From contig CM060732.1 in assembly GCA_030704615.1 (NCBI GenBank), positions 75,578,001 through 75,642,000 of the forward strand: 64,000 nucleotides of DNA, in the 5' to 3' direction. This DNA is from Takakia lepidozioides (taxonomy: Eukaryota; Plantae; Bryophyta). The translations under genes were made by a program, and so were the position numbers. The notes beneath the pieces are model-generated. The model saw only the letters and a list, made by a program, of their open reading frames with translations, had not been told where the DNA came from and did not search any database. Below, one piece after another: positions 25,760 through 44,400 of this stretch (its first letter is position 1; every line of letters begins with the position of its first letter).

Positions 25760-27197
25760 GAGTTGTATCATCCATCGAATATTTCATGGAGAGTTTCCGT
25801 ACCACCTCCATCAATCGAAGTCAATTAGGAAATCGAGTATGAAGTCGACGAAGTCATAGACTCTCGCATCAAGTATAAACGTCTTGAGTATTTCATACAT
25901 TGGAAAGGCTACGACATCAGCGTACGAACGTGGGAACCTTCATCCAACCTCGCCAATGCATCTGACAAAGTCCACGAGTTTCATCAACGATATCAAACTA
26001 AGCCCCGAGCTACAGGTCAATAAGACGTCACAACGATGATGTCAGTCAAGTTAGCTTCAAGGTGAAGACTCCACATTCATACACGCTAATGAGAGAGGAG
26101 CACCACACATCAGTATATGTAGGTACACTTCCAGCACTCTTGCATCTTGTATTGACAGCATGGAGTCACATGAACAAGATATACATTGGAGCTATCGCTT
26201 ACCCAACTACCAGATCAGCCGTTCCGACCTTCAACATCACGCCAACGCTCTCGAGACGATGGGCCATCAATGCGACGCGTACTTCCTCGTCTGGACCCCG
26301 TACAACGGTAAGTTGAGCCTACTCGAAGTCTGATAATCCTGTTGGAGGTTGAGGCTTTGAACCCAGAGGGCAACGATGAAGGCAACTTCGAAAATCAGAA
26401 TGCTCAAATCACTACGTGGTCCTAAGTTCAAGATGTTGGACACTATCAATGGTTGCAGGGACCTGTAAATCGTTTGAGTCAAGAACGAAGAGCCGAATAC
26501 TTGGCAAATACCATTCGCCGGATTTTGGATTTTCTCCAACTCTAAGCAAGTCCAAGATTTTACCGCTCCTCGAGGAACTTGACGCTAGAGGAGAGGGTGA
26601 TGTCACGGACATAGCCCAGAGGATTTTACCATGAGTAGAAGTTACCAAGTTATCATGTTACCGAAAGTTATCATGATCTACTATGATTTATCATAAATTA
26701 CCATAAATTATCAGGTTACCAAGAGTTTATCAAATTATCGAGAGTAACTTGGGAAACTACTCAGGAAGCTTCCTTTGGAGGAAACTTCTCCATCAAGATA
26801 TCTCATTTGTTTAAGGAAACTTCTCTATAAAAAAACCTCCATTAGGGAAGCTTCTTAGGGAACTTTCTAGTAGCCAGTATATATGGGAGACGAGACTGGA
26901 CACTCTTCAGTCTCGCCAACACAAGTTCAGGCTACTCTTGTTTCTAGTCCCAATACTCCAGTTCAGCTTTCAATACTCTAGCCAAGTTTCCAGTATCTTG
27001 TACTCCAGTCCAGTTTCCAGCATTCCAGTATTCAAGTCGAGTTCCAGTATCTTGTACTCTTGTCCATTGTTATAAATATCATCTTGATTCATGTTTACCC
27101 ATCATGCATTCGGCCATGCCGATCTTGACTTCTTGTCTACTCTTGTACCTCTAGTCTGATCTCTTGTTTGTGTTCAGTTATGTTGTCGTTCTTGATA
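25760..27197 (+). mobile_element. Chromovirus (Tcn1-like) 3' end: chromodomain, PPT and 3' LTR
   Basis: LYHPSNISWRVSVPPPSIEV..EYEVDEVIDSRIKYKRLEYFIHWKGYDISVRTWEPSSNLANASDKVHEFH. PPT AGAGGAGAGGG, then TGTCAC at 26601. LTR end near 27197 is approximate. Confidence 0.8.
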
Positions 27198-28362
27198 GTG
27201 GGGATAAGATAGAAGAAGAAGAAGACTTCGGCCAAATGCGGCATACCTAAGAGCCACTTTGTCTTGCAGCTACTGTCTCATTTCGATGGTGGGCCCTATA
27301 AGAATGGAGGGTGCTAACGCACGTATACTATTGAGTCTCTCTAAGTGTGGCTGTGCTCGAGTTTGCGTTTGTTGGTAATGATGACTGTAAGGTGAATGGC
27401 TTTGAAGATTGATGGATAGTAACAGTAGGTGGTTTAAAGTTTTTGTGCATAACATATAGACTAGCATTGTGGATGTCACCTCTTGTTCCGGCTGTGATAA
27501 CTGTTAAAGGGCCAGTATTCTGGACACCCGTACCTCCCAATGGATCCTAATGGAGGATGGGGGGGACATATTTTTTGCGTTTAGTAAAGATGGTTGTGTT
27601 TGGGTATCGGTCATGACAATAGGTGAATTCAATAAAATGGATGACAAGATTGTTTGACGGAGTGATATGGGGGTTGATGTTGGTAGGTAATCGTGTGACT
27701 AGTAGTATGTATGGGCGTAGTATGGCTGGGCAGTTATATGGTGTGATAGGGCAATGACATGGTAGCAGCCATGTTGGAACTATATGGTCTTGGGGTCGCC
27801 TTGGTAAATGTCAGCATTAATACGATAATTATATCAGGTGTTAGTATGTTTCATGATGAGTTTGTGGATTTGTCATACGGTCTGGTTATGTCTAGTGATT
27901 CGTGGCCCATGTATATAGGATGGGTGCAATGGCTCAGTAGTTGGGGCAGGTATGTTGGGCCAGTGGGGAGTGTGTGCACAGGGCAGAATGACGATGGGTA
28001 TTTGACGAGATTATTGTGCACATCTATATTTGAGTGTTTGTTTTATTTGGACATCTCTAGGCATTTGGTCAATAGTCTCGTCATCATATTAGTTGATTGT
28101 TCGGGAGTTATCTAGCAGGGTTCCACCGTGAGAACAAGCCTCCTGGCAGCCTTCGGGCACTCTAGGGTTTTAATTTTTTTCGCTCAATAATGCGAATAAA
28201 GTCTTAAGGGCTACCTCCATTTTTAAAAAGAAAAAAAACTAAAATATTAGTTGAAATTCAAAATGGAAGTTCAATCTAAATCTTAAAGTTATAAAAATAT
28301 TTTATAATTTGTTGTTTAAAAAAACTCAATGCTTAGCCGTTCATGTTTCGGACTGACAACCA

Positions 28363-28521
28363 GCATATAGCCCAGTGGTAGTGGGCACATACCACGTTGG
28401 AGTGGTTGTGGGTTCAAAGCATCGTCTGGTGTGTCATGAAGGTGTCCACCTTCCTGCTGGAAGGCAGTAGTCCTTCGGGGTCAAGTGACACCATAAGTTA
28501 GGCTCCCTCATATTTTTTTCT
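28363..28521 (+). mobile_element. tRNA-derived SINE with TSD and T-rich tail
   Basis: A box TAGCCCAGTGG, B box GGTTCAAAGC, TATTTTTTT tail. Flanking direct repeats TGTTTCGGACTGACAACCA (28344-28362) and TGTTTCGGACTTCAACCA (28522-28539). Confidence 0.7.
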
Positions 28522-28878
28522 TGTTTCGGACTTCAACCACTGAAGTTTTGGCCTCGAGTAATAAACTAATAAATCATTTCAGGTATTATCTTGATAGGCA
28601 GGTATTAAGTGGGGAAGGTACATGAGGAGAAAACAATCGTCGCCTGGTCTCAGGCTCCTTAGGGAGGAGCCAATAAAAATAGATGTTCACATACTTTTCC
28701 ACATAGGTAAGGTCGGGCCAAATATATGAACAGGTATGGCAGAATAATGAGTTGAAGAAACTGCTTCATCCGGACTGGAGGTTCGTCATCCATCACCACT
28801 AGAAATCCTAGGGTTGAGGCTGTGCTAATCCGCGCGGGATGCCCAGCAAACACCACAGATTCTGCGATAGTGCACGCC

Positions 28879-34316
<5,438 letters not shown>

Positions 34317-34444
34317 TTGTTCAGTAATTCATCTTCACTTGAGAACTGGAGGAGACTCATCCTCATCTGAGTTCAGACTGCTGGCATGGCATCACCTGCA
34401 GTAGCTCTGCAAATACAACTGTTGAAATTGTCCAGTATATTTTG

Positions 34445-36000
34445 TTATAGCAATAAAAGGCATTGTCCATAGTGGAACAGAACTCTGCACACATTTCTCA
34501 GGCTATTTGTTACAATACGGTTATGTATGTCTATCTCATCCCAGTTGTGCACTATTGCAAGTACAGCAGGATAATGCAGATCTTTCAAGGAGTAGATAAA
34601 ACTTGGTTTTGTGACTTTGAGGCTAGATTTCTTGAATTCGAGGGGCTTGTAGAATTCTTTGTGAAGTTGGAAGACAGGATAGTGGCACATTCGTTGTGGA
34701 AGACAAATCACATCCACAGATTGAAATATCCATGCTGGACTGAAAGGATTGTCTGGGCTGGACACTCATTTTGTATTGCATGATTTGGAGGGGCAAAATG
34801 AGTTCTCACTACATTCAGAAGCTAGCCATTGCTTTGGGGCACCCCCTGGGATGCCTCTCTGTGTCTTCAAGAACCTCCAAGGTCTGTGGGGACTGCCACC
34901 AAGTTCATCGGTTTTCTGCTAGGAAGACCTCGGCACTAATCATTTGACTTTGGTGCAGGGAAAAGAGCCCATTTGCCTTCTATTCGTTCATCCCTGTAGT
35001 TGCAGCCATAATTAAGAAAAGAGACTCTTCTATTTGACTTGATTTGAACTTGCCACTACAATGTAAGGTGTTCCGCCCCCACACCTTCATGCGGGCCCTG
35101 AATTTTGAGCTGTTGCACCCCATGCTTCTCCAGAAAGGCAGATTCTACATAGCGATTCGACAGTTTTGAGTTAGCCTGACTCCGCCTCCAAAGCTAGTCT
35201 ACATCAGACAAAATAAGGAACAGTTCAGTGTCTTCTGCTTTTCACAATTTTGTGCCGTCATGGCAGCCACCTCAAACCTGCAAAACAGGGTGATCAGTGA
35301 TCACAGTCTAGTTCTTGGTTCAATCAACCGAACCAAGCAGCTCTTGCAATGAGGAGCTCTTGATTCAAGTAGCAGTCGTGAGGACAAGCGTGGTGCACAT
35401 TCCAACCTTATTCATTTCATGATAATGAATGACCACCCAAGATGTATGAAGCTACCAGATGAAGGCCTGAAAACACTACGTCAATAAACTGCTCAATAGA
35501 ATAGATAACTACGTTATCAACTATTGTACATTGCAACCGAGTTCTTGTATAGGGTTTTAAATCTATAGGCCATGGTGGATGTGTACACATAGGACAGCTT
35601 TGTTGCCCAATAGATTCAAAACATTCTACACATAACTTATGGCACTTCACTCGCCATAGCTCCTTCCGATCTAAAGGAACAGTGTTGCATGTTCGCAATT
35701 AGACTCAAACATTGTAGCAATAGTAGTGTTCATCAAGGACTTCTCACAAGGAATAACATGTAAGATAGAGTGTTTTCTTCGATACCCGTGTACAGGATTA
35801 CAACACCCTGCCATCCCTGGATCTTCATACTGAAGGATAATGGTTCGAAGCTCACTGGAGTACCTTTTACTCAACAATTGCACGGTTGATTGTTTTCGTT
35901 TTCCCAAAACTTCGTCTCATCCACATTTGCTTCAACAAGATCCATTGTCTTATTCATCTCCTCTCAAAATGGCCACCACACGTCAACGGTGGTTCCTTGC
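34445..36000 (-). pseudogene. Degraded ORF(s) with a RING-like Cys pattern, convergent on the MAP2 3' end
   Basis: CHKLCVECFESIGQQSCPMC in ORF 35417-35698 and a candidate TTTTGCAG acceptor at ~35280. Many stops. Confidence 0.4.
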
Positions 36001-36846
36001 TTCACGGCAAACACTACACTCAGAACTCTGTATGACAGATGTAAGACCTAAAACTCATTCTATTAACATCATAATGTTCAAGTGTCCACTCAGTTCCAAA
36101 ATGATCTGAAAAACATATAGACAACATTTCTTAATATAGAGTCTTCATATAGTCAACTTTAAATCCTACCATCTTTATATAGCTATTATTTTTAGTTACA
36201 TATCCCATTTAGGTTCAACACTATCCTGAACCAGGTGCATCACATACTTACAACCTATTTTTAATGATATCTTTATGATGCATTCGTTATATTTAATGCT
36301 ACATTTTAGCAGAAGAACCATAACCACTGCCTATAATTAAGTGCCTACACATGTGTCATTAATATTTTCCACTGCCCATCATCCGGTACTTCTGCACCTA
36401 TTCATACATATATATTATAAATATCTACATATAAATAGTCTAAATGTATATTTTTAAAGCTCATCAAATTATAATGCATCATTACGACAATTACACATAT
36501 ATACACATATACATATATATATATATCTAAACCATCATTGATCAAGTAAACATACTAAACATTAATTATCTTATTGAAATTATTAACATACAAAACATAT
36601 ATAATTTGTTTTATTTTGATCATTCACCTCAAGGGACAGTTTAGTTGTAAACTTTGAGACCAATTTCAGTGATGTCAGTTTGAACTGGTGCATGGTACAG
36701 TAATAGTACAAGTTGTGACGGTTTGTCACTGGAGTTCATACTAAATTATAACTACTTCAATAGCTGTACTATGTGCTTACTTGTACATGTTAAACTTTTT
36801 TTTTTTCTAAATTGGAACTGGTTGTACATGTACTATAAGTACATGT

Positions 36847-36990
36847 GGGCCAAGTCCAAGCATGCGGCCTGTGGGCTGCAGGCTGTTGGGCACTGGGCCA
36901 AGTCCATGCATGTGGCCACTGGGCAGTAGGGCATTGGGTAGTGGGCCAAGTCCACGCATGGGCCTAGTGGGTAGCAGGCCATTGGGCAGC
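36847..36990. repeat. 3 x 48-bp GC-rich tandem repeat
   Basis: GGGCCAAGTCC at 36847, 36895 and 36943. Confidence 0.85.
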
Positions 36991-37146
36991 ACGTTATGTC
37001 GACACATGCACCTGTAGAACTAAGACACATTTCAGTGTGGGACCCATGTTATTATTGGTAAGTGTAAAAGTGTCAATTATGGCAATGAGCAGCTCATCTA
37101 AATACATGAATGGACTAACTTGGGAGCTGAGGTGAAAACCTTAGCC

Positions 37147-37790
37147 AATCTCAAACCTATTCATGTTTATATTTCGCTGACTTTTGTTTTAACAACAATT
37201 TCGGTTTTTTGCTCGCATCCGCAGTTGAGGTGCAAACTTGAGTCAGCCATCCAAGTGGGCAGCTAGGGTGATCACCCCAGCAACTCAAGGTGATCACCTG
37301 AGTGGCCGATCATAAAATTAAATATCTTATTAAATCTCAAACCTATTCATGTTCCTATTTCGCTCAAATTTTAAAAAAAAAAAATGATTTCAGTTTTTGG
37401 CTCACATTGGTTGCTGAGGTGCAAACCTGAGCGGCTCAGGTGATCACCTGAGTGGCTGACCATAAAATTAAATACTCACTAAATGTCGGACCTATTCATG
37501 TTTCTAATTTGTTGGAATTTCAAAAAAAATGATTTCTGTTTTTGGCTCGCACTGGCCGCTGCGGGAACGCGAGGGGCTTCGGTGAACGCCCCAGCCATTC
37601 AAGTGGGCAGCTAAGGTGATCACCTTAGTGGCTGATTTCTTTTTTAAAATTTGATTTCGGTTTTTTGGCTCACATTGGCGGCTCAGGTGCAAACCTGAGC
37701 GGCTGAAGTGATCACCCGAGTGGCTGATTCTAGAATTTAAATAGCTTACTAAATCTCAGACCTGTTCATATTCCTATTTCGATGAAATAA
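37147..37790. repeat. ~4 degenerate 150-270-bp units containing GGTGATCACC palindromes
   Basis: AATCTCAAACCTATTCATG-like heads at 37147, 37333, 37482, 37752. Perfect CTCAGGTGATCACCTGAG at 37435-37452. Confidence 0.8.
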
Positions 37791-38599
37791 GAAAAATAGA
37801 AAAATAGATTTTAATTTCAACTTTTATTCCATTCATACTTTTTTTAATGAAATTTATGGTATAAATTAAATAGTGAAAGTTCCAACATTGAATATTTATC
37901 ATGGCTTATAGTGTGTTTGGGCCTTATGGTGGCCTTCCACCTATTGCGACTTGAGCTGTTCAAGTGGCCTGATGGGGTGATTACTTGACGGTCTGATCAT
38001 AAAGTTCTAACATTTAATAATATATCTTGGGATATCCCACCTAATTTACCTTACTTCCGGGCCTTATGCCCGACATATGTTTATAACGGGTTTAATTTGT
38101 ATTTTTTGAGTAATTCTGAAATTATGTTTCTTTTATAGTAGAAGCAGAGCCAGTTGTTATAGAGGGTTATTAAAATTTACATTGTAAATGACTTACGTTA
38201 AGTGTTTAATGTGTTTAATTTTGAACTTTTTATTTCTCGACTTACTTTAAAAAATTTGTTTTACATGCAACTTGCACATAAATGCACCGTCTTTCATTAA
38301 TTACATATCTTATTGGAAGATGATGTTATTTTTTGTGGTTTAAGGTTTTCATTCTCATTTTTGAGCAGTATGGTTTCACATCGCTCTTAGATTGTGCTTT
38401 CCAAGTTTGCTACTAGTACGGACTGATACACCTCAATTTTGTGGTGGAGTTTATCCTCTGTGTTTGACATGGTGAAGCTCACTTGTTGTAAAGGGATTTA
38501 GACCATTGGTACAACTCAACTCGGCTTCAACAGCTTCTATTTTCAATGTGTGCTTCTGCAATATAGAGTGTCTATATTTCAGGTATAACTACTTTTGGT

Positions 38600-40875
38600 G
38601 CTTCTTCGTTTGCTGCAATTGTGCCCACACGTCAGAGACCATTAGTGACAGTAGATGATATTGACGAGTCCATTCGTGGTGTAGCTTTTGATTCTATCAC
38701 GCTATGGTACTTTTGAAAAAAAAGGCTACATCTTCAAAATCAACAGGTGCTGGTTATTTGTACCTTCACTGTGATCTGTTAGACAGATCAGAGTACACCA
38801 CTGTCACTTTGACTGTATCTTCTACTTTCACTGCTTAACATGAAAAGAAGCTGGTGAGAGGTTCATATGTCAAAGTTGAAAACTTTGGCATTCGTCGAAT
38901 GTCAGATAAAGGCTTTGAGAAAGGTGACATGTCTGTTGTGTTACGTGTTGAGTCCACTACAAAGGTGACATGTATTACAGCATTTCAACCCGATCTGGTT
39001 TCCAAGTTTTTTCACACTGACACAATCAAGGAATTTCGTGCTCGAACCCATGAGGCTTGGGCATGCGCTATATTGGCAGTTGTGGTGATTGCAATCAGAG
39101 GTGAGTATAATCACTACATGGAATTACAAGTTGCAGATGGAAGTACTCAACATAACCATGACATTGTCGCACTTGGACCAGAATTTCGCTTGGAATACGA
39201 CCAAATTGTACAAGCCTATCATGGGGGGCATTGTGTCATGATTTTGTTCAAAAATATTACATGCAACAACATGGGAGATCGACACTTAAGAACTGAGCAG
39301 TTCATTATTGTTTCGTCGGTTGGTGGATAAATCGACTCGAATTAATCTTCAAGTTGTACATGGAAGCTTCCACTCTCCACGAACGTCATACCGTGAAGTA
39401 CTTATTTATATTTATAATCATTGTTTTGTTTATAATCAGCAACTTAAATATTTGATACTATACAATTTATTTTATTTTGGTATAAACAATAAATTATAAA
39501 TGTACAACTTATTTGATCATCGCCATTATATATATCCAAAATATTAGAAATTGAAAATAACTAACTTATTTATATTATATTATTGACTCGCAGACTTCAT
39601 TCGACGAGATGATGGCCAGTTTCATTGCAACGTCTGTTGCACAAACAAGCAACTGGTGAACCAGACATTTATTCAAGCAAAACTCAATGATGGGATTGAA
39701 ACCGTCATTACATATTTGTAGGGGCAGTGGCTGGAGGCTATTATCTCTATGACTGAACCGGAATTTTTGGCTCGTAGGAAGCACAAACAAATTGGCCTTC
39801 TATCTAGACTCAGTTTACAAGGTAAATTTATGTTATCGCCTACCTTTACTTTGTTGGCTTTGAGGAGCACAATCCCTGTCGCGCACCTCACTTCGGTAAG
39901 CTCCCCTTCAAGTCACAGTTACTCGCTTTGATGCGCGCGCCTGACTCCCAACCTGGCCGCCGGGCCAACTTGGAGCTTCGGCTGCTCACCGGGACATAAC
40001 GGTCCCCCTTCGCTCTCCCACCAAACCCTCCACTTATTTGGGCCTAGTGGAATTCCCTATGGTAGATGGCAGTCCGGAACAGCTCCCCACTCTTTGGTCG
40101 CTTTCCGGCTCGCTCGCTCACTAGTTTTTGGTCATCAACGGGCTTGCACCGTTCTCGGGGTCACTACTCCCCTTATATATAAAATTCTGTAGCTGTCCGC
40201 GGGGGTTTCACAACCAGCCATGCCATTTTATGGCGAACCACCACGAAAACCCTCGACTTCCGGTGATGAGTCGCGGTGAGTCTTGGCCCACTCACCACGG
40301 CCCCTATGGACCGTGATGAGTCCCAAGACTCCCCACGACTCCCACCACGAGGTCTCCGCCCCTATGGTGAGTCCTATGCCACCCCCACTAAGTCCCGCTA
40401 AGCTACCACCACCCCTTGTGGAGCCACCCCCACTGCAACCCGGTGTGCGGGGCTCCACCTAGTGAGCGCCTCCGCCTCCTTGAGTGCCTTGGGCACTCAA
40501 GGGTGCTTCAGGCCCCCATACCTATCGCTGCCGCTACCCCCACCACAGGGGCAGCCCCTCATGTGTCTCGACCCCCTGCCCTCAAGGCAAAGGGTCGCGA
40601 CAATCCCGGTCTAGAAATTGTACAGACAATTTCCGATATACCCTCATCTGTTCTATGATTCATCCATCGAACCTCATTTATTTCTAGAACTTGAAAGTTC
40701 ACCCATATCTTTGGATATTCGGTCGGCACCTCAGATCAGAGTTTTTCCGCACACTGAACTTCTTACTGAGCCTCTTTTCAAACATGAACCTTCTGATCAT
40801 TAGGAAGACAAACCAAAACGACGGCTATTTCTTGATGATGACAACTTACCTTTGAAAACTAAAAAACCTAAATAG
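38600..40875 (+). pseudogene. OB-fold/RPA1-like ssDNA-binding gene remnant, interrupted by a solo LTR
   Basis: LVRGSYVKVENFGI, AVVVIAIRG and LQVADGS resemble tandem OB folds. A downstream CxxC exon lies at ~39600-39870. Adjacent to RepHel. Confidence 0.5.
39877..40602 (+). mobile_element. Solo LTR (726 bp) with 5-bp TSD
   Basis: TGTCGCG...CGCGACA termini. ATCCC at 39872-39876 and 40603-40607. Internal TATA-like CTTATATATAAAA at ~40172. Confidence 0.9.
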
Positions 40876-41425
40876 TTAGATAGTTTTTATTCTTTATATA
40901 TACATATTTATATACTATATATATATTTTTGGTCTTTATTTTGAATTTGAAACTTGTAGGTTTACTTATATTTGAACAGTATGTATTTTATTTCATGTAC
41001 CTTGAGTTTTTCTTATTAAATATGTCTTCAGCTTTCAAAATATTTGTTTCACAAAAATTTAATTGTTATTTTTGTGTTCAATACTCATTACAGTCATCAT
41101 TGCAGTCCACAAATCTCGGTTTGTTTTTCAAAAACATTTTTAAAACAGTCTTCAAAACAGTCTGAAATACATATTTTTCTCGTATTAAATCTAGTCTTCC
41201 AAATGGTCTTGAAAATAGTATCACATGGATATTCTTATGAGTATTATAGTGATAAACAGAATCATTAAAATAGTCTCTAAGAGATTTTTGAAATGCATTC
41301 AATATACTATATGTAATAAAAGATACAATTTATAAAGTACTTCCATAAATAATATTTAGTAGAGTATCTGAATTACTAGACAACAAATTCTCATTTATTA
41401 TATGATATACAAATAACTTATAGAA

Positions 41426-44400
41426 ATGATTATTAGTAATTTTTTGGTTCAACGTAAATTACAAATCGCTCAATCATTTATATTTTCATGTCCATCATTA
41501 TCATTTATTGAATCAATATTATTTCTGCTACCCAAGACAATTGAAGCAGACATATTTATCAATGCTTGTATTACATACTGTAGAGAAATCATTTCTTCTC
41601 CTTCACTAGAGCTCCAAACAGATTTAAAGCAATGTTTTACAATTGTACCAAGCATAACTGAAATTGAAATATATCTACAAGAAATACAGAACTTGCCGTC
41701 GTCAATATTAGATCCCCGTTTTTTAGTATGTGTTTCATACTACATAAAATGTCGTATTACAATTTTGTTAATGACTAGTCATGCTACATCGCTTGACATT
41801 GGAAAACATTTTACTCAATCACTTCCTATACATTTTTTACATGAAAATACTATATCTGATCCTTGGTTTAAACCGTTATTAACATATAGATTCCAATGGT
41901 CTGATAGCTTAAATAATGAATTATATGAACTTCTTAGATCACATCCTACAACACCAATTAAAGATATTGCTTCGGTGTTTTTATTAAAACATCAATCGTT
42001 GGGTTTAACAAAACTACAAGTAACTAGACACATAAATTACATTAAAAAAAAACACATGGATGAATCTTTCCAAAATACATCTTCAACACAAAATGTCTCA
42101 CATATAAACACACATTCGAAACAAACCATTGTAGAAACAAATATAGATATAAACAACCACCTTCATGATAATGAAATTGTATTACCATTAAACCATCAAA
42201 ACACTTCTATACCATCCCAATCTCTTGACATGGTCGAAAATCTATCCGATAATTTTGTGCAAAACACTTACAACACCGCTACAAAACGAAAAAGATTTAG
42301 TTGAAAAAATGAAGATAGTATTTTAATTAACATTATGACTGAAAATCCTAATATTTCTTTTCATGATAAAGCAAACTTATTTTTGGTATCCAAACCCATT
42401 TTTGAAAAATCACATTAACAAATAGTAAACCATTTAAAGTATTTATCAAAAATATATGTTGTAAACCAATCTATATTTACTACACATAATCCACGAATAC
42501 AGCAAACGGATGACAGTCCAAATTCTCCTTTGCCCAATGTTCAACAAGAAAATGACATTATACAAAGCATTAACATAATAAAATTTCAGAAACAAATAAA
42601 GGATACCCCCACATATTTTTGTTTATGCTGCCAAATGTTATGTTTCCTGAAACAAGTTCAAAAAATAAAAAATAATTTGGCACGGCAGTTATCAATTTAC
42701 TTTAACAAACACATAGATGAAATTGTTCTATCATACATATGTAAAAAATATTTATCTGCAATTAAAAACAATAAAATACCTAAATATCAAGTTCCCCATA
42801 CAATATGTACAAACATTGTTTTGCCCTCCATGCAAAAATTGACACAACTAGAAGAACGACTTATATCCCCTCGTTTAGTATTTGTCCAAATATATAAGCT
42901 ACATGGCCATGGACAATATAAGATGCATGGAAGTGTAATTAATGTTGTATCAGATGTTGATCATACACAAACAATACTGCCACGCCTCCCTTACAATGAT
43001 GTTACTTTAGGTATTTACCTTAAAAGACGACTACAATATAAATATCCATATCTAGCAGGTAACATTCGACCTAATGTTGTTATGTTGGCTCTACATGATT
43101 TACTTCAAACCCCATTATATGTAGATTTAAATATAACAATTCATCCTCAATGGGCAAGCCTTTTTGCTTTACATAATCAAAATCAGAGTGATGATCATGA
43201 CATAGATAGAGATGTTAATGACACAAATGATACATTTGAAGAAGAACAAGACAATGTTGAAACATATACTATGATTCACAATTTTTTACATTTTGAAACA
43301 ATCCATGATTATGAAAATGAAATTTTGTCCGTAGCACCGGCAGAAAAATCTCATCCCATAGGACTTTTCAAAGACAAATACAGTGAAGAATTGAATTTCC
43401 CAATTTTATTTTTTGGCTGTTCTCGAAAACCTGATATTTACAAAAACTTTTCATAACAACAAATAGCACAGTGGGAATTACTACACAAAAATCATAACTT
43501 TTGTACAAATATACCCAATTTGTCTCAAAGCTTCTAAAGTATGTATTTCTAAAGTCATGTCATCAAGCTGGATTCGAATTCGGAAAGGTACATTGAATGG
43601 AGGACTACTAACAGCCGCTGAGGTTCGTGGTAATCCATATATAGATCGAATTCTAAATTCATATATTGGTTTTCGAGATTTAAAAAGCTTGAGAACATCT
43701 CCAGATTATTTAGAAGACCTACGAAAAAACTTATTTGCAATGATTCGACAATTAGGTCCACCAACTTTTTTCATAACTCTTACTAGTGCTGAACGATTGT
43801 GGGAACCTTTAATTCAAGCACTTCACAAACTAAACTATGAAAAATTAAATATACCTAACAAAATTGAGGATTTAGAACCGACACATATTCCAAACTGATC
43901 CTATAACATGTGCTAGATACTACGACCATCGTACAACAGCTTTTCGAAAAAGGATAAAAAAAGAACCCAACCTTCTTGGTAAAGTAGAAGATTTCTTTTT
44001 CGTTACTGAGTTCTAAAGCAAAGGAAGTGAACATGACCATGGTCTCATTTGGATCAAAGATGCTCCATTATTTACAATTGATAATAATGATAAAATTCAA
44101 TCTTTTGTGCAAAAATTTATTTCATGTGAAGCATCACTTTTACCACTTCATTTACAAGATGTGCAATCCCATAAACACACACGTACATGTAGTAAAAAAA
44201 CCCAACCTATATGTAGATTCCATTACCCTTTACCACCTATGCCTTCCACTCAAATTCTTGCCCCGCTTGAAGAAAATGAAATAGTTTCAACATCACGTGC
44301 TCATTTACAAGCTCAAGCCAGTAATTTTTTCTTAAAACTACATGAAATGAATATGGGTGAAGATATTACTTTCACTGAATTTCTACAATCTTTAACATTA

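Noticed and set aside
25760-25772. tRNA-Met PBS (TTGTATCA) after the LTR end
   Set aside because: Better explained as the in-frame ELYHP of the chromovirus integrase tail; it lacks TGG and GAGC.
27270-28115. Short ORFs in an AC-rich minus-strand region
   Set aside because: Probably decayed TE coding sequence, but no diagnostic motif was recognised.
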